Shown here: one piece after another, positions 1-12,917 of the stretch
Position numbering within the stretch: the stretch's first letter is position 1
Layout of the letters: each line of letters begins with the position of its first letter
From: Amphiscolops sp. MND2022
Taxonomy: Eukaryota
Assembly: GCA_964187785.1 (NCBI GenBank)
Contig: OZ076409.1
Coordinates: 11,968,001 to 12,032,000 of the forward strand
DNA: 64,000 nucleotides
Reading direction: 5' to 3'
Program-made: the position numbers and the translations under genes
The notes under the pieces: generated by a model
The model's input: the letters and a program-made list of their open reading frames with translations, nothing else
Database searches by the model: none
What the model was told of the DNA's origin: nothing

Positions 1-2
1 AG

Positions 3-3000
3 ATCTACAACCAACCTCATCTCTATTTCTACAACAATTCCAACCCAAATGATTCAAGCAAAGAACCCGATTCATATAACGATGGTCGAAATCTCAACCT
101 AGCTCTGACCAAGGCTCTGATAGACCCTTGGCAAACTAAAAGGACTACCAAGTTGGCGGTTCAGGAAGACCCCGCGCAAGACTCTTCTCAAGACGGACCT
201 GTGGTCACCCTCACTGCAACCGTCGAAGAACGCTTTGTGAACACGCTCATCTCACGAGACGGTGAACCCGACTATGTTCCGTTGACAACAAACCTCGGAC
301 TAAAATATAAAAGACGCATGCTCTATTTTCCAATGGATTTTGGCGAACTCACATTAGATGGCCTTATAGACACGGGAGCCCTATCTAGCGCGATCCCAGA
401 TGCTGATCTACGGAAAATCCGATTACTTGCCCCTCAATCAATAGTTAAAGAGGGCCCAGCTCCCAATTTCCAAATCATGGTTGCAAATGGACAACTGGAG
501 ACTCCCAAGAGCACTGTCGAACTCAAATTTGAAGTCGGGGACATCGAATTCCACGAGATATTCATAGTCATGGAAAAGCTCACAAGTCCATTAATTGGTC
601 TCTCATTCCTTCAACGGAATAATACCATCCTGGATATGCGACAGGGAGTCCTAAACTTCCCATTCTTTTCCATGCAATTGAAAACAGCGGATCACAAGTA
701 CACCAATGTCATGGAAACCCGTCAGTATACGCGAGGACATAACTATCCCGCCCAATGACAGACACATGGTTTCCATGTACTCCAATATATATGCAGACAC
801 TAATGTCACAGAAATCCTTCAACCGAGCAACGCCCTCACTGAGGACGGAGACATAGCCTTCTGCGCTGCTCTAGTCACACTGACTCAAGGTCAGGTTTCG
901 ATTCATGTGAATAATTTCACTGATCAACCCTATACCCTTAAACGGGGGTTGGACATTGCCAATTTCTCTGTCATGACGCCAGAGCAAATGAAATACGTCA
1001 AACCTATTGACGCTGTGACCACATGGCACCTTTTACAAGATAATCCAGAAAATGCTGCCTATTACGCCAGTAGTTTAATCAAATCTACAAAAACTGAGGA
1101 AGACCAAGGAAACTATTGGTTTCCTACTCCAGAGGAGCCTGGTGATCCCCAGCTCCATACTCCAATTCAGCAAAGAATCTTGAAGGAGTTAAAAAACCTT
1201 CAAGAGCTGGAAAAACTCAACCCTCAGGACGACCCTGAGTCCAGAACACAATTCATTGCTAATTTTGACTGGACAGACTCCACGTTACAACCAGACGAAA
1301 TTGCCCAAATTGAGGAGCTACTTGTCGAATTCCATGACATATTTGCAAGACATCGATTTGATATAGGCATGAACGAGGATTTCAAGGTCAAGCTCACACC
1401 CAAAGATGAATCCCCAGCCTATAGCCAAAGTCTTCCAACACCGATTAATCTCAAAGAAGACATTCTAGTCGAATTGGCACTATTGCATCGATATGGAATC
1501 ATAACAACGCTTCCATTCTCTAAATATGCAAGTCCAATCTTTGCCCAGAAAAAACCAAACGGCAAATTACGACTTTTGGTCGATCTTCGCAAAATTAATA
1601 ACCTCATCTCTGATGATTATATTAACAACAATCATCCTGTGAGTACCTTAACAGACGCCGCACATCATATGGCAGGTAAACGATTGTTCTGCAAATTAGA
1701 CTGTTCACAAGCGTATCACTGCCTACAAATGGCGGACCAGAGGTCCATTGAGATGCTTGCATTCAACTTTGCTAGCAGGACCTTCGCATACCGCCGACTG
1801 GCGCAAGGCCTCAGCAGAGCCCTTTCTGCCTTTTCAAGCTTTATGCGTGAATACTTGGACAAAGTGATCAAAGCTGACCAATGCGCAGAGTACGTCGATG
1901 ATATCGGAATTGCAGCAAACACGACTGAACAACTGATTAGAAACCTCCGAGCGACGTTTCAGTGCATCCGAAATGCAGGGCTCAAACTCACGATGCACAA
2001 ATGCCACTTTGGAGCCAAGGAAATTGACTTTCTAGGACGTACCATCACTCCTGAAGGAGCGCGGCCACAAAGACCTAGAGTCCAAAACTTCCTGGAAAAA
2101 ACCAAATTTCCCAAATCCAAAAAGGCTCTTCAGAGATACTTGGGATTTCTAAACTACTACCGCAATTACATCCCAAGGCTTTCAGAAAAACTCACACCAT
2201 TCTTCAAACTGCTCAAAAACGATGCCAAAATTTTGGTGACACCCAATCTGTTAGAACAATTCACCGAGATCAACAAAGCTCTTGACCGATGTTGTGAACT
2301 TGCACTCAAACAACCTCTGCCTAACAAGCAAATAGCGTTAATGACTGACGCTAGCTTCTCGGCAGCAGGTTACGCAGTTCTCATCGAGGACGATCCAAGT
2401 GAAAAGTATACTTCAACGCGAAAGTCTTTCGCACCTGTAGCCTATGGATCCAAGACCTTTAGTCCCGCCCAACTGAAAATGTCCATATACGCCAAAGAAT
2501 TCTTAGCAATTTTTTTCGCCTTCAAGGAATTTGGACACATCTTTTGGGGGACTCCGAAACCGGTGATAATCTTAACAGATAACAAGTCGGTCACTCGCTT
2601 TTTCCAAACCAAAATTATTCCACCAACACTGTGGAACGCGTGTGACTACGTTATGCAGTTCAATTTCACCATTGCCCATATACCAGGCAAAAACAACATC
2701 GCAGCTGACTATCTGTCTCGACTGGAGATCTGTCCTAAAGAAAAACTTATACTCCGCATACGAGAAGATATATCAATCACGCCCATTGAACTTAACGTCC
2801 AGTCATCCGGCGTTACTGAAGAAGACCAAATTTTTTACACTGATGAGGATGAAGAAACTGAAGAAGGAATCTGGCAACGTAAAAAGGAGGCTAGGTCTCA
2901 TCCGACAAACCAATTACCTGACATTTTCCGAGAGAAACTCACTGCACACAGTGGTGCTTCTTCCCAGATGACAACGCTGCAACTCCTGTCAAATAATACC

Positions 3001-4800
3001 ACCATGGCTATCGAGCAACGAAATGACGTGGTCTTACATCAATTACGGCTCAAACTGCAGAAGGAAGAATATTCTGAAACGATTCTACAACAGGATTCGC
3101 GCTACCGACATTACTGCAGTCAAATTGACCGTCTGTCCGTCCAGGATGACGTTGTCATCAGAGACTATTATGACGAAACGGGAACCGTTCAATACCACCA
3201 GGCGCTTTTACCCAAACACCTTGTGTCAGAACTACTCCACTCACTCCACGGAATGGCAAATAAACATCCAGGAATTTCCAAGATGCTTTATGAAATCCGT
3301 CAAAAATATTACTACCCTGGAATTGCAAAGATTGTCAAAAACTGGGTTCAAGGATGTGAGACCTGCATAAAAGACAAAAGAATCCAAAACCCATCAATAA
3401 CGCCTGAATTACTTAATTTGCCTGAATGGGATCTTGGCCCGGAAGACGCCCTACAAATTGACCTTTTACCTAACCTCCCACCGAGTGGGGGATTTGAAAA
3501 TGTCATTACAGCCCTGGACGTCTTCTCTAGATACCTGTTCGCCTATCCTGTAGTTGACGCTTCGGCCTCCAGTACAGCAAAAGTAATCATTGATATCATG
3601 ACGAGGCATTCATATTTACCAACAACTCTGATTACCGACAAAGGGTCAGCATTCACGTCCCGTCTAGTAAACGAGGTCGCAAAAATTCTAGGTATCCAAA
3701 TCAAATGTGCCACAACGAAGCACCCTCAGACGATAAGCAAATCAGAGAGAACTCATGCCAGTCTTAAGGGCAATCTTAAAATGGCTTCTGGTGAATACCG
3801 CCGCCAATGGCACAAATACCTACCATTGGCTGTTCTCAACTACAACACGACCTATCATTCAAGTCTGGGATGCGAGCCTTCCAGAATTTTCCATGGAAGA
3901 GTACCATATAATATTCTAGACCATCGGTTGGGCTTAAATCCCAACCCAAAGATCCTGCCAACAACCGATTTTGCTGAAGAATTACAAAGGCGCACTCAGA
4001 TTTTGATTGATAAGACCAAGAAAAACATCATGCAGTCGTACTTAAAGTACAAGGAATATTATGATCGTGAAGCAAAAGCAGCCCCACTACAGCAGGGAGA
4101 TTATTGTTTTTTACTTCAACCGCTAGCGGACAACCAGGGATCCAAACTTCCGTTTCGCGAATTCCGGTGGATTGGACCGTAAGTCATTGAAAAATATTTA
4201 CCGAACGAAAACTACATTGTCCGTAAACTTAGTTCCAATAAAACGCAAATTTTACACAGGATACGTCTACGAAAATACACTCCGAATAAAGAGTTACGTG
4301 ACGTCCGACCGGAAGGAAATTTGCAAGCCGATGATGAAATCGTCATGCCACAAGATGATCATTACATTATTTCTTGGGAAACAGAATTTGACGACTTTCC
4401 CCCAGCTCCGAACGTGAACAACCCTCCTGATGATTCTACGCCTAATTCAGATCGACCGGACGCTATAATCACAGATTTGGACCTTCGGTCCACGCGGTGG
4501 CAAGCAGATACTGACGCCGCCAATACTGAACCGCTAAGACGCGACGTGAATGACGCGGACCTTAAGTCCACTCGACGGCAGCAAAAAACTGATTCAGAAA
4601 TGGACGAAACTACTTCTAAAAGTCCCTCAGAAGCAAGAAATTTTGATTTTTTGAATTCTAGAGGGGAAGATACAATCGTGCCCGATTTTCTAGACTCTGA
4701 AAACGATGAAATGGTTGTAGGAAATGAAAGTCCCAGGGGAGGAAAATATAATCTGCGCCCCAACCCAACTCCAAACTTCACTGATGAATACAGATACTAG
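3..4800 (+). pseudogene. pol: Gypsy pol polyprotein (aspartic protease, dUTPase-like segment, RT, RNase H, integrase) with one frameshift (~718) and one premature stop (4180-4182)
   Basis: LIDTGA protease; LLVDLRKIN, LDCSQAYH, YVDD in RT; TDAS and TDNKS in RNase H; H-H-C-C zinc finger; QIDL/TDKG/ERTH integrase triad; GP(Y>stop) motif, after which the same frame continues to TAG at 4800. Confidence 0.95.
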
Positions 4801-5004
4801 TCAGAATAAGTAAATTAAAAGGGCCCGTTATTTACCTTCATAATCTCAATTATTTTCTAGGGCCTGATCTCACTATAAATGTTCACTGCTAAAAAAAGAC
4901 TAATGTCAACAAATATACATATACAACTACTAGAAAATAAATAAATGGATAAATGAAACGGTACTATAACACAAACAACTATAAGTGTACTAATGGTACA
5001 ATTA

Positions 5005-8000
5005 TCAATCCTTAGCAAAATGACGAATGCTTGAACTGGAGGGCAACTCGCTGTCTGATTGACGCCTCACAGGCGATCCTTTGGCACTGGCTGGCGGAAG
5101 ACTCTTGGAACTGCTGTTGCTTTTCAGATCTTTAAACCTCAACTTTCGACTTTCAGTCTTCCTCTTCATTGAGCCCGGACGTAAAGCAGCAAGAATTTCA
5201 GAGCGATCGAAGCGATTGAGGCTGTCCCAGGGGCTATACATGTCAGAGAAGGCAGTATTCCCGAACGTAGGTTCGAAGGAAAGGAACTTAGCTATTGAAG
5301 AAGCTGAAGTGAAGGCATCTATGCTCCGCCCCACATTAATAAAGAAGGATTGAACGGGCAGAATGGTGTCAATAAGTTTACTTTTGGGGTCATCTGTCCG
5401 CACTGGACCAAACTTCACGGTAGGCATACTAACATAACTCTCATCCAAACATAAACAGCTCAGCTTAAAGATCCGAGCAAGATGGGGTCTTGACTCTAAG
5501 GCAACATGATTGGAAATGTGAGTCACTGCATCCTGGATTATGACCCTTGGTTGGCCCAGATCAGGCATCTCTTTGCGGATCTCGTCAAGGAATGATAAAT
5601 ATTCCTCTGTATAGATGGACTCCGCGTCGGCTTGAAAGTAACCGCGAAGATGAAAGCTGCGGAAAAGATGCTTGAAACAATTCAGCGCCTGGCTAAGGGG
5701 GGAACGATACATAATGTCCAGATCAAAGGAGCCCAATCCTTTCACAATGGTGGAGGTCAGTTGTAAGTTGTTTTGGGCAGCATGGAAAAGGTAGGCAACG
5801 TAGCTCCTCCCAAGTCGCCCAAACTCTTCTTTGTTCTCTTTCACGAGTTTCGGAAGATTAGCCCGATTGCCCTTCTTGTCGCTTAATTCCTTTTCTGCCT
5901 TGACTTTGCAAGCCACTTTCAGTCGTTGGTCGAGCTTCGATCGGGCGATGAAATCGGGAATGGCTAAGGCTTTGGCATCCGACATAGCAATACCCAAAAT
6001 CCCTGACAGATCTGTTTCCTGTGGCAGACTTTTCGGCTTGATACAGCGCCTTCCTAGCTTGAAGAGGTACTGGCATAACTGCCTGTAGATATGGAATCCA
6101 TGATCCCGTCGTTCAGTCAGATGTGGCACAAAGCTCGTGGTATCTAAACATTTGCGTTCACTATGATTATCGAAAGCTCAAGAAATGATACGTACTACGG
6201 GTGGACTATACTTACAATCCCTGACCAAGCGATAGAAGAGTTCAAGCCGGCACAGAAACAACTCATCATGGATCATGGCTCGCTCTAGGTTCTGAGGCTA
6301 GAACAACAAAAGGAAAATTGAAACAACCGAAATTAGACTGAAGGTCAACGGGACGGCAGCGACTTACTTGTTTTCTCACTCCCATCATTTCATGCGGAGG
6401 TGCATGTTCATTCAGGAATTTGGTCACATCTGTCCAGTTAGCAAGCAGCTCCTGACACAGTGTTGGGAGAGTGGCGAGTTCAATTTGGCAAGTACGAACA
6501 GCCTGAACACAACAAGTTTATTAGTACCTTTGAAAGAGCCGTGGACTACAAGCCTAAAATGAGAGAGTCTAACCTTTGCCAACACTGGCGTCATCAAGGT
6601 CCAATCACAGTCGAGACTTCCCCCCAAGAAGATGATTAGATACTTGAGAACGGAGTGGAAGTCGATGCGTCCAAAGACGCTATAGCTTTCTTTATGCATT
6701 AGCCGCGCGATTGAAAAGTCCTCAAATCTGAGAGGGTGTTGGAGTCCATGCTTACTGTAAGGAGAACTATCTACCTTCTGGATCGTTTCCAGGCTGCAAC
6801 CGGAGCAACTGACAATGTTGGTGCCGCGTGAGAAAACTGCCAAAACGTCACTTATGAGGCTTAATTCGGCTGCCGACTGTCCCAGGACCCGGCCGGTTCG
6901 CTTCAGGAAAACTCGGCAGAGCTCGTCCTTTCTCCAGAAACGGATGAACACTAACAGGAAGACTCCTTGCTTGATAAATTCCAGCGAATACTCGCCCGCT
7001 GCAACTACATGGTCTCCAATGTCATGTATAGTTTGTAGGAACAGGTGGTGGAAGAGAGCCTAGAATGAAAACATCATATTTAATGCAGGTCAAAAGTAAC
7101 GATTACTGGGCTGGGGAAGACCTTAAGTCGATTTAACGGCAGGAAAATACTTACTGATAGCCGTTCTTTACTCCAGTCAAAGTCAGTGAAGAGCGACTGA
7201 TGGTTTACAACGACCCCAACATCCCGCCAGAGGTTCCTCAGGGTGCTGATATCGCCGTAGCTTCGCAAGTAGTTACCCAGAACTGACATCTGGACTCGAA
7301 CACGGTTGTCGGATGAAGAAGCCATGTAGTCAACTCCTTGAGCGTATTCGTCGTAGAACGGAAGCTTCTCTCCGATGTCCACGAGTTCTACCCCAATGAA
7401 CTTGGGTAATTCTAATTGAAGCTCGTAGGGGGTGAGAAGTCGTCCGTCCTTCCCCCTGACATGGTGTTTTATCCTTCCACTCACGGGGTCTTCTATGGCA
7501 AGATGCTCGTATCGCCACCTCTGATCTTTACGAAGATGACGTTCGGTGGAGTGGTGACGAAGGATCTCTCGAGCGCCGCGTCCATAAATTGATATATTGC
7601 CTTTACAGATTTGGCAATAAAATTTATACGGATTCCAGCGAGGATCAACTGGTCCGCTCACAAACGTCTTCGTCCACTCCATTCCTTTAAAGTATGCCTC
7701 TTTCATGATTTTACAGGCACGAGGCACCCGATGTCTGCTCTCTCCTTTGGGGCGAGTAGGCTTCTTGCTTTGTCTTCGGCGTGTTCCAGACTTAGTCATT
7801 TCCGATACTGCCTCCGCTTTGAGCGCGGACAAGGTTTGTCCTCCGGGGCTATCAGTCTGGGTTGAAGCTCCAGGTGACACAAGGTCAATTTGACGGCTTC
7901 CAGTCGGACCGGTTGGGGGAGGAGTAAAATGTTGACTCTCCAGGTCGGAATGTTCGTAAACATATCCAATACTGGCGAAATCATCGTCACTTCTGATTCC

Positions 8001-9265
8001 CCCACTGGTATCGCTTGTATGACCTGATGACAAACCAGATTGTGACCCGGCATAACTGGTATGAGAAATTGCTTTCTTCGACCTCGGAATGACGGCCGTC
8101 GGTGACCGCTGGGCTCCAAGGCTCAATCTGCTTGCTTGTTGTACCAAGCTTTCCATAGCTTTCAGCGACGATTTAACTGCTTCATCTGCTACAACTTTTA
8201 ACAAGTTACTCACTTGGCCCTCATTCAATGCAAGGGTAGGAAGCCCAGGAGACAATCTGATGGGGGTGGCCTCGTCAAAATACTCCTTTATCAAAGCGCG
8301 ACTACTAGCTGACAGTTGAGGGACTCGATGTGCTGATTCAGGGAAATCTACTGAGGTGTTGCTGGCTACATCACTCACTCTAAATACGTTAGCTTGGGCA
8401 GGTGCAAACAGGACATCAGCCACTGTGGACCCGACTAATCCTTCAGACTCTAACCCGGCGTCACTGGTTACCTTATCGGATTCTCTGTTCGCTGTTGGAT
8501 CTGTAAATCTGGGGGCTTCAAATTCCCCAGCGAACTCAGATCCAGCTTCAGAACTTGAGAGACCTTCCGTCCCGGCGGCGGCATCAGACAAATCAGTCCT
8601 TGGAGCACTCAACTTCACGCTCAGTCTTTGAACTTTTGCTTCGGAAGGCCCATATCGGGACTTGAGACTGCTTTTCAATAGTACTTTGGGAGAGTCCAGG
8701 AATGCAACCTCTGGCGCTTCGTCCAACTCCAATTCATCTTGGGTAGGGGAATACTGACCGGGCATCAGCTCCATCATGCTACTCTCGCTAAACTTCTTGT
8801 CGCTCCAGTCGTTCTGACTCGATGTACCAGTTTCTTGCGAACAGCCCAATTGTTCCCACTTTCGAGCGATGTAAGCCCCACAACTCTCATCAGTGCTACT
8901 ACTCTCAACGTTCCAGTTGCTGTAATAGCAGGAGGAGTGGCTTCTGTGTTGGAAATAGCCATGGGGGGATCTTGAGGCGTCACAGTGATGTTCCCCAAAC
9001 TTGTAGTTGCTCCCTCACTCACCAGACTGGGATCGTCTTCCACTACTCTCTCAGGATCATCTGACTTGTCGTCATAATCATTCTGGCCGTGAGTCATGGA
9101 CTTTACGGTGGGGAAATTATTGACAGTGGAAGAGGCAGTTACAAAGGAATCAGTCGTATCCATTTTTTCTTCTTCAGCGACCAATTGGAGAGGTTGGCCA
9201 TTAGATTCATCACCTAAACGGAATGAGATGAATAAACGCGGTTCACTTCCTGAATATGAATCCAT
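5005..9265 (-). CDS. Antisense 5-exon gene (~1317 aa), BED-like zinc finger, hAT-transposase-derived; exons 9265-7155 (one frameshift ~8900-9000), 7059-6574, 6502-6368, 6297-6216, 6143-5005
   Basis: Four GT-AG introns (7154-7060, 6573-6503, 6367-6298, 6215-6144; 70-95 nt; three GTAAGT donors; CTAAT branch-like sites in introns 2 and 3) join the minus-strand ORFs exactly in frame (phases 0,0,0,1). Contains FYCQICKGNISI...ILRHHSTERH zinc finger. Confidence 0.85.
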
Positions 9266-11314
9266 CTAGCCGCATTTAAACAAAATCTCCCGGAAGTTCA
9301 ATTGACACAATGTTCACGCTGATAGCAAACATTTCACGATGGAGGAAGTAACTTAGTTGGGATTATGAGCTCTGATCACGCCAAATTCTAACACTTTAAA
9401 AGAACCAACCTGATGCTGTATCCATAGTCGTTCAGCAAAATTGATGTGATCCAATTGTAGTTCGTGCAAGGAGAGTAGATTCAGTCGATACAACGACTAG
9501 TTTTCAAATTGCCTCGGATTGTTGAGGAACCAAAATTGTAGTGGTCTTTTCAGTGGACGCTGAGGAAGGGGATGTAAACTGGAGCTTCTGCTTCTCGAAG
9601 AGATTGTTAAACGGGCAATTTAGAATGAAATAGTATGGAGAAGTTTTGTTTTGTGATTAAATGTGACAGGAAGTTAACCAACTGTACATGGAAATGATGG
9701 TGAACTAAATGCCACCCCGAGTCAAAGAACTGCACTGGTTACATAGTGGACAATTTAGCCCGAAGGAACAGCATTTGAAAAGCAGATAATCAATGCGAAT
9801 GAGATTAAACTCTGTGGAAAATACCAATGGACCTAACGTCAAACGGACGGCAGTGCTATAATAGTCTCAGGATTTGGGGACAACCCAGCAAACAGAGCTC
9901 AAAATGTGGATTAGTGTTCAGAAGGAGCGTATTGAAAGAATAGATTGAATCTATACAATTAGAAAAGTACCAAATAAAGAACTCAAATATACTCAGCAAC
10001 TTCTAAAAGAAGCATATTACAAATGATGAATGCAGCTGATATCAAAAGGCAAGTTAAATTAGTGTTCAAATGAAGTAATAGCCGTTACTAGCTGCCAATC
10101 ATAACTATTATTTACTCAAGCTGACTGTACATCCATTTGACGGCAACTTATCACTTACTTATTAACTATTGCGTAATAAGACAATAAGTCCGCTCCACTA
10201 CAAAGGTATACATGTACTCATTTACCTGTCAAATTAGACCGGAATTACAGCCATCAACATTTACACTTATTGTGACGTCACACGCGTTGAATGACCACCA
10301 GTCAGCCGGACGGCATTCAATTACTTACATGTACGCGACTACTTTGAGGAAGTTAGAGCACACCTATTTCGTGACGTCACACGCGCTGTATGACCACCGG
10401 TCAATTGGACGGCATTAATTTAACTATTTGTACTCACCCCTTTTGACTGAGACTTCACGTCCCGCGGACTGCATCAAAGGATGAACCTGAAATTCCCTCA
10501 TTTATTGAACGTTCAGTCCAGTTGACAGCACGGATTCCTTGACTCACACACTGAAATACTATGAAGATTTAAACCAAATTACTGGTTTTGTCGCATAAAA
10601 TTCACTTTATACGTGAAATTTCATGTCCGTAAAGAAGTCGTGGCTACATACAAAATGATTAAGGCCCTAATCCTACCAATTTGTTGGAAAATGAGCCTTT
10701 TGGTGTTTTCTTGATCAATTGAGCCTGCCAGTGAGATTTCCAAGGAACATCATTTTATTTCCACTTAGTTGGATCATTAGTCCAGCTTCACTCTTGCTCA
10801 TTATGTTTCTTTTTCCTTCAATTATTATCAGTTACCATTTTAATAGATTGATTCTTTTCTATTTACCTGATTTCATTCTTTCATTTTCGTTCATTCATCA
10901 ACACCTTTGATTGGTTGACACGTCGACTGCCGTCAAGCGGACCGACGGTCTTTGAACAAGTAGTGTTGACAAATAATATTAACGGTAAACCCTTCACTGA
11001 CTTGTTAATACTGCTTAGCATGCCTTTGAAGAGAAAAGCAAGCTACCCTCAAGTGGTACTTGACGAGTGGTATTCTCAACTCATTCATAGATTGTTGATT
11101 ACCAACTTATTTTACTCGACCCTGAAAAGGAAAAATAAGGGAAAGTTTTTGGGGGGTTTCCCTCCACCAGTTCCCGCGAAAATTAGGATTTGACCAAAGG
11201 TCAGTCAGACGGCACAATTTCATTCATCCAACTATTTCCTTGAGGATCAGTTCCAACGTTTCAAACTCAGCCAAGATTGCAAAGAAAATATTACTCTCCC
11301 GGTTCAGTAACGCG

Positions 11315-12138
11315 ATGTCATTGCAATTCTCCTTAGACGAAGTGGCTAGACCTTTAGTGAGCCTTTCGTATCAATCCTCTGACGAGGATATGGGGATTGA
11401 TTCTGTGTCAGTACCAGACCATCTTGAAAGTCAGGATTCCGATGACGACATTCAAGTCCTGGCTTGCTACCACGAGAATGCTCCCTTCCCTCCCCAGTTA
11501 GCAGCAGGGAGAGCAATGACCACCGAATTGACCAATTCTCTGAACGATCTCAATCTACCAAAAGAGGACTTCACAGACACAATTAGCACGTTCACCGAAC
11601 CTTCGCAGGAGTTGCTTGACTGGTGTGTTGGTGCCCCCCCAACGACTTATGTAACCGTTATGGCCGAGATCACCCAATCACTCAATGCAGTCAGCTCAAC
11701 CCAATTCGCGATTCGCCTTGGTCACAACCACTGGAAGATCAGAGACCCATCAATGATTACAGCAGCCAACTGCCACAAACCTACGAATCGGACTCATGGT
11801 ATAGGAGTGCACACATCACTGGATTGGGCATCAGTATTAGTGGCTCCTGTGGGCAGCCCAACGAGATATTCCACAGTGGGTGCGTGGTCTGCGGGAAATC
11901 ATTCGAGGACATTCGGACAGAAATCACTCTTGGATATCTGGAGCAGACACATGTGCCCGGTGAGACCTACGAACAAAGGACTGCACGTAGTAATGCTTTC
12001 CAAGCTGGTATGAACGCTGGGTCGTTCATACTAGTCCCCCGGGGAGTGTCGCAGGCTGCCGCCTGTGACGGCGTGGCTTACCAAATAACCCCGGAAAATG
12101 ATCTCAACAACCCAGGACCAGGTGTCCTGCCAATATAA
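11315..12138 (+). CDS. Accessory ORF inside the LTR (~274 aa if one C is restored in the C7 run at 11634-11640); unknown function
   Basis: Two overlapping ORFs (11240-12013, 11623-12138) joinable at a homopolymer; acidic N-half; C-half with HSGCVVCGKS; GC-richer than flanks. Confidence 0.55.
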
Positions 12139-12917
12139 AATAAACACTTAGAACTCATGTGATATACTACTATATATTGTTGCATTACTCAATACACAAT
12201 AATCATAATCATTGGGTGCTTAAATTACATGTGATTCACAATTATTTCAATATGTTGACCTAAGGTCAGTTTGACGGCAATCACTCACTTTAGTATACTA
12301 AAGTGTCAAAACGTTAGCGAAACACCCTACTCATTTGCAAATTATTGTATCAGTGCTAATACAAAACCTGTTGCAGTTAAAATACCAATGTGAAGTTGAC
12401 GTAGTTAATATCAACTAGTAAAGAGTAAAGACAATGCATTCACCTGCCACTATGTTGCTGCCGGGTCGACGCGCAGTACGCTGTACCCTTGTCCAAATAA
12501 ATATAGCAAAATGTATGTTTTTGCCGCCACGTGGACGCAAGGTCCACTCAGCCGATAAAAGTTAGATGTTGTTCCCCAGTGCATGAAATGTTGCTTACTA
12601 GTATTAGCATACTTTAACATAACTGCCGCTTCTATTTATAGAATTTTGGATTAGTGACGTAATATCTCTAGTGACGCCATGTTCTATTTATAATATCTGT
12701 GATGTCATAGTTAGATTGATCGCTATTTTTATAATGATGTCATTCCTATTTTTACTTAATGACACTCAGAATATTGAGTGTCACGGATGTAAAATTATAA
12801 ATAGGAGGATATTGTTACTAGAAATTCATTCAATACCTGCTTTGTGATACAATTGACACTGTTGATACAATTCTGATCATTCGAAATTTACTGTTGAAAC
12901 GTTATTTTCTTATTGAC

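Noticed and set aside
4180..4182. Programmed readthrough at the pol TAA, and programmed frameshift near 718
   Set aside because: TAA replaces the Tyr of the GPY motif and the shift is one extra A; simple lesions or sequencing errors are more likely
4801..9572. Antisense gene as an independent nested hAT transposon or as an env gene
   Set aside because: No TIRs or 8-bp TSD found by eye, it shares the element-wide 23-bp motif, and it lacks the sense orientation, signal peptide and TM anchor of env. Not fully excluded without other copies.
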